Shown one piece after another: positions 60,604 to 64,000 of a stretch of DNA of 64,000 nt. The stretch covers positions 30,693 to 94,692 of the IMG/VR virus record IMGVR_UViG_3300023197_000086; one strand, written 5' to 3'. Positions within the stretch are counted from its first letter, which is position 1; every line of letters begins with the position of its first letter. Under the pieces are notes generated by a model, which saw nothing but the letters and a program-made list of their open reading frames with translations, ran no database searches and was not told the DNA's origin. A program made the position numbers and the translations under genes. Source of the DNA: a virus.

Positions 60604-61209
60604 TCATGACGAGCGCGCACGGCGGTCCCGCACGCGACTGTCGATATGTCGGATCAACTCGCCATCGTCGATAAGCGGCGTGCCTCCGGCGCGAAACGTC
60701 AGCGGCGGCTCCAACCCGCTCTTGATGACGCGCACGATGGCGAACTCCATTGACTGCCCTACCTGGGCCGCCACCTGACGGGGCGTGCGCTTACCAGCGA
60801 CCACGTCCTCAATCCCGCGTCGAATGACGTCCTCCAGCCGTTCCACGTTCCGGTCAAAGCTGATGCGCAACGGGGCGCGCTCCGGGATGTGAATGGACTG
60901 TGTCGACTCGGGAATCCAGATCCCGAATTTCCAAAAGAGGAATCCGCGCATATCGTCCGTGACCGGAATCGTGAGCCCAAATTCATTCATCCACATGAGT
61001 TGCGCCATCGAGATGGACTCACCGGCCACGCGGCCCGCATCGCTGAACACCCCCACCTCTATAAAGAGGTTTTGGAAAGGGCGTAAGCGCTCTTCGATCT
61101 CCTCCGACCACTCGTTAGCGATCTCCATTGCGCGGAAGCCGCCAGGGGTGCTATGGACGCCGCGATGAAAGACGTCGATCTGTTGGACCAGGGTGGTGTC
61201 TCGGGGCAT
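60604..61209 (-). CDS. Tail completion / HK97 gp10-like neck protein
   Basis: IEVGVF..SMAQLM.MNEFG..HIPERAPLR.SFD. Confidence 0.75.
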   Translation of the reverse strand: MPRDTTLVQQIDVFHRGVHSTPGGFRAMEIANEWSEEIEERLRPFQNLFIEVGVFSDAGRVAGESISMAQLMWMNEFGLTIPVTDDMRGFLFWKFGIWIPESTQSIHIPERAPLRISFDRNVERLEDVIRRGIEDVVAGKRTPRQVAAQVGQSMEFAIVRVIKSGLEPPLTFRAGGTPLIDDGELIRHIDSRVRDRRARSS

Positions 61210-61212
61210 AAG

Positions 61213-62169
61213 CTAAACCGTCCCCTTCCCGACGCCGACCGTGCGGCGGAACTGGCGCCGGAAGCGTTGGGCCAAGTCCTCGTCGTACTCCTCGATCACG
61301 CGTGGCGAGCCCAACGAAGAGTCGATCGGCATGGGCATCTTGGTGTCGAACAGCAGCCACCCGGCATAGAAGGTTTCCGCGTCGCGTCGACGTTCCTGGT
61401 GGACGATCTCCCACGTGTCGCCGATGCCGAAGGTGAAGTCGGCGGCCTCGAGCGTAAGCTCCACGTCGTTGGTGACGCTGGCGATGGCCGTGTGGCCTTG
61501 GCGCAGCCGTTGCGCCTGCAGGTTGCCGCCGACGAGAACGTGGTCCACACCGCGATGGATATGGTGGTCGAGCGGGGGATCGTGGCTGTGGCCGAGGTTG
61601 CGCACCGGCCACCCGGATTGGAAGCCCCGCGCCAGAAAGTGGCCGTCGTAGTCGATCAGCTTTCCGTCCGCCGCTTCGGAGGCGTGGCCCGTTACCGCGA
61701 ATCGCTCGCGATAACGGGCCACCTCCGTCGCAGCATTGTTCAGCAAGTCTTGCAGTTGCAGTTCGAAGCTGTCGTTGGTGAGGTCGACGATGCTGACGTT
61801 CGGTTGCGAGTTGCCGCCAGTCACGCCCGCGTCGGCCAAGGCGACCTTGTCGCCGGGCTCGCGAGCGATCACCACGACCTCACGTCGGCTGTCGCCATTG
61901 GAGGGCGGGTCCGTTTCCGTCACCGTTGCCGAATCCACCGCGTCGAAGGCCGCTATGGCCGAGGCCAGTTGATCGAGGGTCGTGTCGTTGTCGGTGTCGA
62001 AGTCTTGCGTCACCAACTGCGACTCGACCCGCAGCTCGATCGTGTTGGCCGCAACCAAGGCGGCATCGAACTGGATGGCCTGGACCTGCGTTGCCCCCTC
62101 GCTCAGTGCGTTCAGCACCGAGTTCGGGATCACGCGACGCAGGTCGTTAACGGTGGCGAACGGCGTCAC
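61213..62169 (-). CDS. Head-tail adaptor with inserted domains
   Basis: PFATVNDLRRVIP N-terminus typical of adaptors; position. Confidence 0.6.
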   Translation of the reverse strand: MTPFATVNDLRRVIPNSVLNALSEGATQVQAIQFDAALVAANTIELRVESQLVTQDFDTDNDTTLDQLASAIAAFDAVDSATVTETDPPSNGDSRREVVVIAREPGDKVALADAGVTGGNSQPNVSIVDLTNDSFELQLQDLLNNAATEVARYRERFAVTGHASEAADGKLIDYDGHFLARGFQSGWPVRNLGHSHDPPLDHHIHRGVDHVLVGGNLQAQRLRQGHTAIASVTNDVELTLEAADFTFGIGDTWEIVHQERRRDAETFYAGWLLFDTKMPMPIDSSLGSPRVIEEYDEDLAQRFRRQFRRTVGVGKGTV

Positions 62170-62172
62170 CCG

Positions 62173-62607
62173 TCACCCCTCCTCGGGCTCCTCGTCGTCC
62201 GCGAGCCGCGACGGGTCGAGATATTCGTTCTCGACCAGGGCGGCCTGGACGGTCTCCTTGCTGTCGTTGCCCTTGATCGGGCGACCGTCGACGAGCACGC
62301 CCTTCGCTTTGGCGAAGGCGATCAGCTCCTTGTGGTCCTCCGGGTCGTTGAGCACCTCGTCCTCGTCGGGTTGAGGCTCGTTGCCGGTCTCGCCCGTGTC
62401 GTCGGTTGCCGGAGGCTGGTCGACGTCCGGCTCGGGAGCCTGATCCGGCGGCTCCTCGGTGGGAGCAACCGTTGCCCCTTCGGGCTTGACCAAGCCGATC
62501 GCCTTGTAGTGCTCGGCTTCGTGAACGGGCATCTCGACAACGCCCTTGCGCTGCCCCTTGTAGGACAGGTTGCCGACGATCTGGACACGTTCGGTCTCTT
62601 CAGCCAT
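62173..62607 (-). CDS. Small acidic head-associated protein (HeH/LEM-like C-terminus)
   Basis: HKELIAFAKAKGV..SKETVQAAL. Confidence 0.55.
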   Translation of the reverse strand: MAEETERVQIVGNLSYKGQRKGVVEMPVHEAEHYKAIGLVKPEGATVAPTEEPPDQAPEPDVDQPPATDDTGETGNEPQPDEDEVLNDPEDHKELIAFAKAKGVLVDGRPIKGNDSKETVQAALVENEYLDPSRLADDEEPEEG

Positions 62608-62624
62608 CCGTTATCGCCTCCTCG

Positions 62625-63071
62625 TTACGGGATGGGCCGACGCGGCACCTGATCGGTGCTCTTCTGCGGGCCGTAGGCGATGGCGGCCACAAACGCGCCT
62701 GGCGTGCCGCTGCCGTTGATGGTCAGGTTGAGCCGGATCCAGTCCTGGAAGCCCAACACGCGGAAGCGGTGTGGCCCCGAGTTCGCCGACGGGCTGTTCA
62801 CCGTCAGGGTGGCGCCCGCGTTACCGCTGTCGGCCTCGTTGTAGTCCGCGGCCGTGTCCGTCGCCGCGTCCTGCAAGATGGCCACCAGTGAGTCAACGGT
62901 TCCGCTAAGGGCACCGACGACGAGATCCACCGTCAGCTCCTCCAGCACGTAGCTGGCATAGGGGTTGACCGTCGGCCCGTTGATGGTCGTCCCGTCGCTG
63001 GTGATCTCCTGCGGCGGAAGCAGCAGGAACGATTCCGTATTCGCGAGAATGTGGCTGTCAGGCATCGTCAT
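62625..63071 (-). CDS. Capsid decoration/head fibre-like protein
   Basis: Directly after the major capsid gene; beta-rich, ..WIRLNLT... Confidence 0.55.
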   Translation of the reverse strand: MTMPDSHILANTESFLLLPPQEITSDGTTINGPTVNPYASYVLEELTVDLVVGALSGTVDSLVAILQDAATDTAADYNEADSGNAGATLTVNSPSANSGPHRFRVLGFQDWIRLNLTINGSGTPGAFVAAIAYGPQKSTDQVPRRPIP

Positions 63072-63085
63072 GATTCACTCACTCC

Positions 63086-64000
63086 TTAAACAGCGACCCG
63101 ATCGGTCACGGCCATGCCCTGCTCGTGCTGCATCAGCAAGTCGTCCTCGACGTTGGCCTTGAAGAAGACGAGACCTTCCTTGAAGCCGAGCGACGTGTCG
63201 GCCGCGATCTCGAGAGCGGCGCCGCGCCCGATCAAGACCTCGCTCCAGTCACCGCCGAAGACCTCCGTCTGGCCGGAGCCGTTCAGGTCGTTGTTGATGA
63301 CGTGACCGGAGAAGAGGTTGTGGCCGTTCAAGCTACCGGCCGAGCCCGGCGGGCCGATGTTGCGGTCGAAGAGGAAGCCGCCCACCGACTCCACGACGTT
63401 GTCGTTGGAGTCCAATGCGCCCTCGCGCAGCTGCCGGAGCCGCTGCACGGCGCGCGGGGCGGTGACGTAGGCGGTGAACTCGGCCCCGTTCTCGTCGATG
63501 ACGGTCTCCAGCTCGAAGACGTCTGCCGAGCTGAGCAGTCCGCCCACACCGTTGTCTGGAGTGACCACGACGATGTTCGGGTGGTTGCGGATGCCGAGTG
63601 GTTCGTCGCTGCCGCCGTTGCCGTAGAAGAAGTCGTGCTCCTCACGCTCGGCAATCGACTGCGCCATGTCCTCACGGACCTGACGCTCGACGTTGATCTC
63701 GGCGCGGTTCATGAGCTCGTTGGACGTGGAGACCAGCGCGCTCAACAGCTTGGGCTCAATGGACTTCGAGCCGTAGCGCATCTGGCTCTCACTGACCGAG
63801 TTGGCTTCACGCCGGCGGTAGGCTGTCGTGCCCTGGATCTTCGTCGGCCACGTGACGCCCTTGCCCTCGATCGTCACTTCCTGCACGTCCGTGCGCTGCA
63901 GGACGAGGCGCGACCGGAGCATGTCGATGAGCTCGGCACGCTCCTCGGTGGGGACCAAGTGGCCGCCCTCCGGGTCGCTACCGGCCAGCAGGCTCTTGCG
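63086..64000 (-). CDS. Major capsid protein, HK97 fold (5'-truncated by window)
   Basis: Frame open to the window end: DPEGGHLVPTE..; SKSIEPKLLSALVSTSNEL; EEHDFFYGNG..EPLGI; FGGDWS..; F..GLVFFKA..D. Confidence 0.9.
   Translation of the reverse strand, partial: RKSLLAGSDPEGGHLVPTEERAELIDMLRSRLVLQRTDVQEVTIEGKGVTWPTKIQGTTAYRRREANSVSESQMRYGSKSIEPKLLSALVSTSNELMNRAEINVERQVREDMAQSIAEREEHDFFYGNGGSDEPLGIRNHPNIVVVTPDNGVGGLLSSADVFELETVIDENGAEFTAYVTAPRAVQRLRQLREGALDSNDNVVESVGGFLFDRNIGPPGSAGSLNGHNLFSGHVINNDLNGSGQTEVFGGDWSEVLIGRGAALEIAADTSLGFKEGLVFFKANVEDDLLMQHEQGMAVTDRVAV

Noticed and set aside
486-63675. Many long overlapping or antisense ORFs in the track (e.g. 486..1712, 16735..17685, 40964..42025, 57038..58867, 61153..62652)
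   Set aside because: Shadow ORFs typical of GC-rich DNA: Arg/Pro/Ala-rich or antisense to well-supported genes, with no RBS or motifs.
1-64000. tRNA, rRNA, integrase/att sites, terminase, portal, anti-CRISPR clusters
   Set aside because: None recognised by eye. Terminase and portal probably lie beyond the right end; tRNAscan-SE and HMM searches would be needed to exclude small RNAs.

Overview
The window is a large, GC-rich fragment of a tailed dsDNA phage or prophage with a contractile (myovirus-type) tail and strikingly acidic proteins, which suggests a salt-adapted bacterial host. Layout: (1) 1-9.4 kb, rightward DNA-metabolism block with the 3' end of RuvB, two SNF2-family helicases (one with a Zn-ribbon insertion, one with a LAGLIDADG intein) and an ATP-dependent DNA ligase. 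(2) 9.4-20.3 kb, leftward early operon with a sigma-70-like factor, patatin phospholipase, RuvC-like resolvase, CAP lipoprotein, helicase loader, replication initiator with four internal iterons, a wHTH-GIY-YIG fusion, a HicB-like gene and a Xis/Cro-like gene. (3) 20.3-24.3 kb, back-to-back promoters, then a rightward block with a Rad52-like annealase, an HTH-TPR (RRNPP-like) regulator, a lipoprotein and an RHH protein. (4) 24.4-64 kb, leftward structural operon: HK97-fold major capsid (cut by the window end), neck, DUF3383-type sheath, tube, chaperone, tape measure, baseplate, LamG/DUF2341 fibres, a PAS-PAS protein, membrane proteins, and a free-standing LAGLIDADG endonuclease. No tRNA, CRISPR array, integrase, terminase, portal or endolysin was recognised. 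The two most unusual signals are non-coding. One is an array of three hairpins at 2381-2568 with a fixed GGCGAT-N9-TWTGGA-N9-TTCGCC loop architecture. The other is a promoter- and terminator-bounded three-way-junction small RNA at 19601-19703, whose loop is complementary to a motif at the translation starts of six leftward genes, including the replication initiator. All protein family calls are by eye from motifs, not from database searches.
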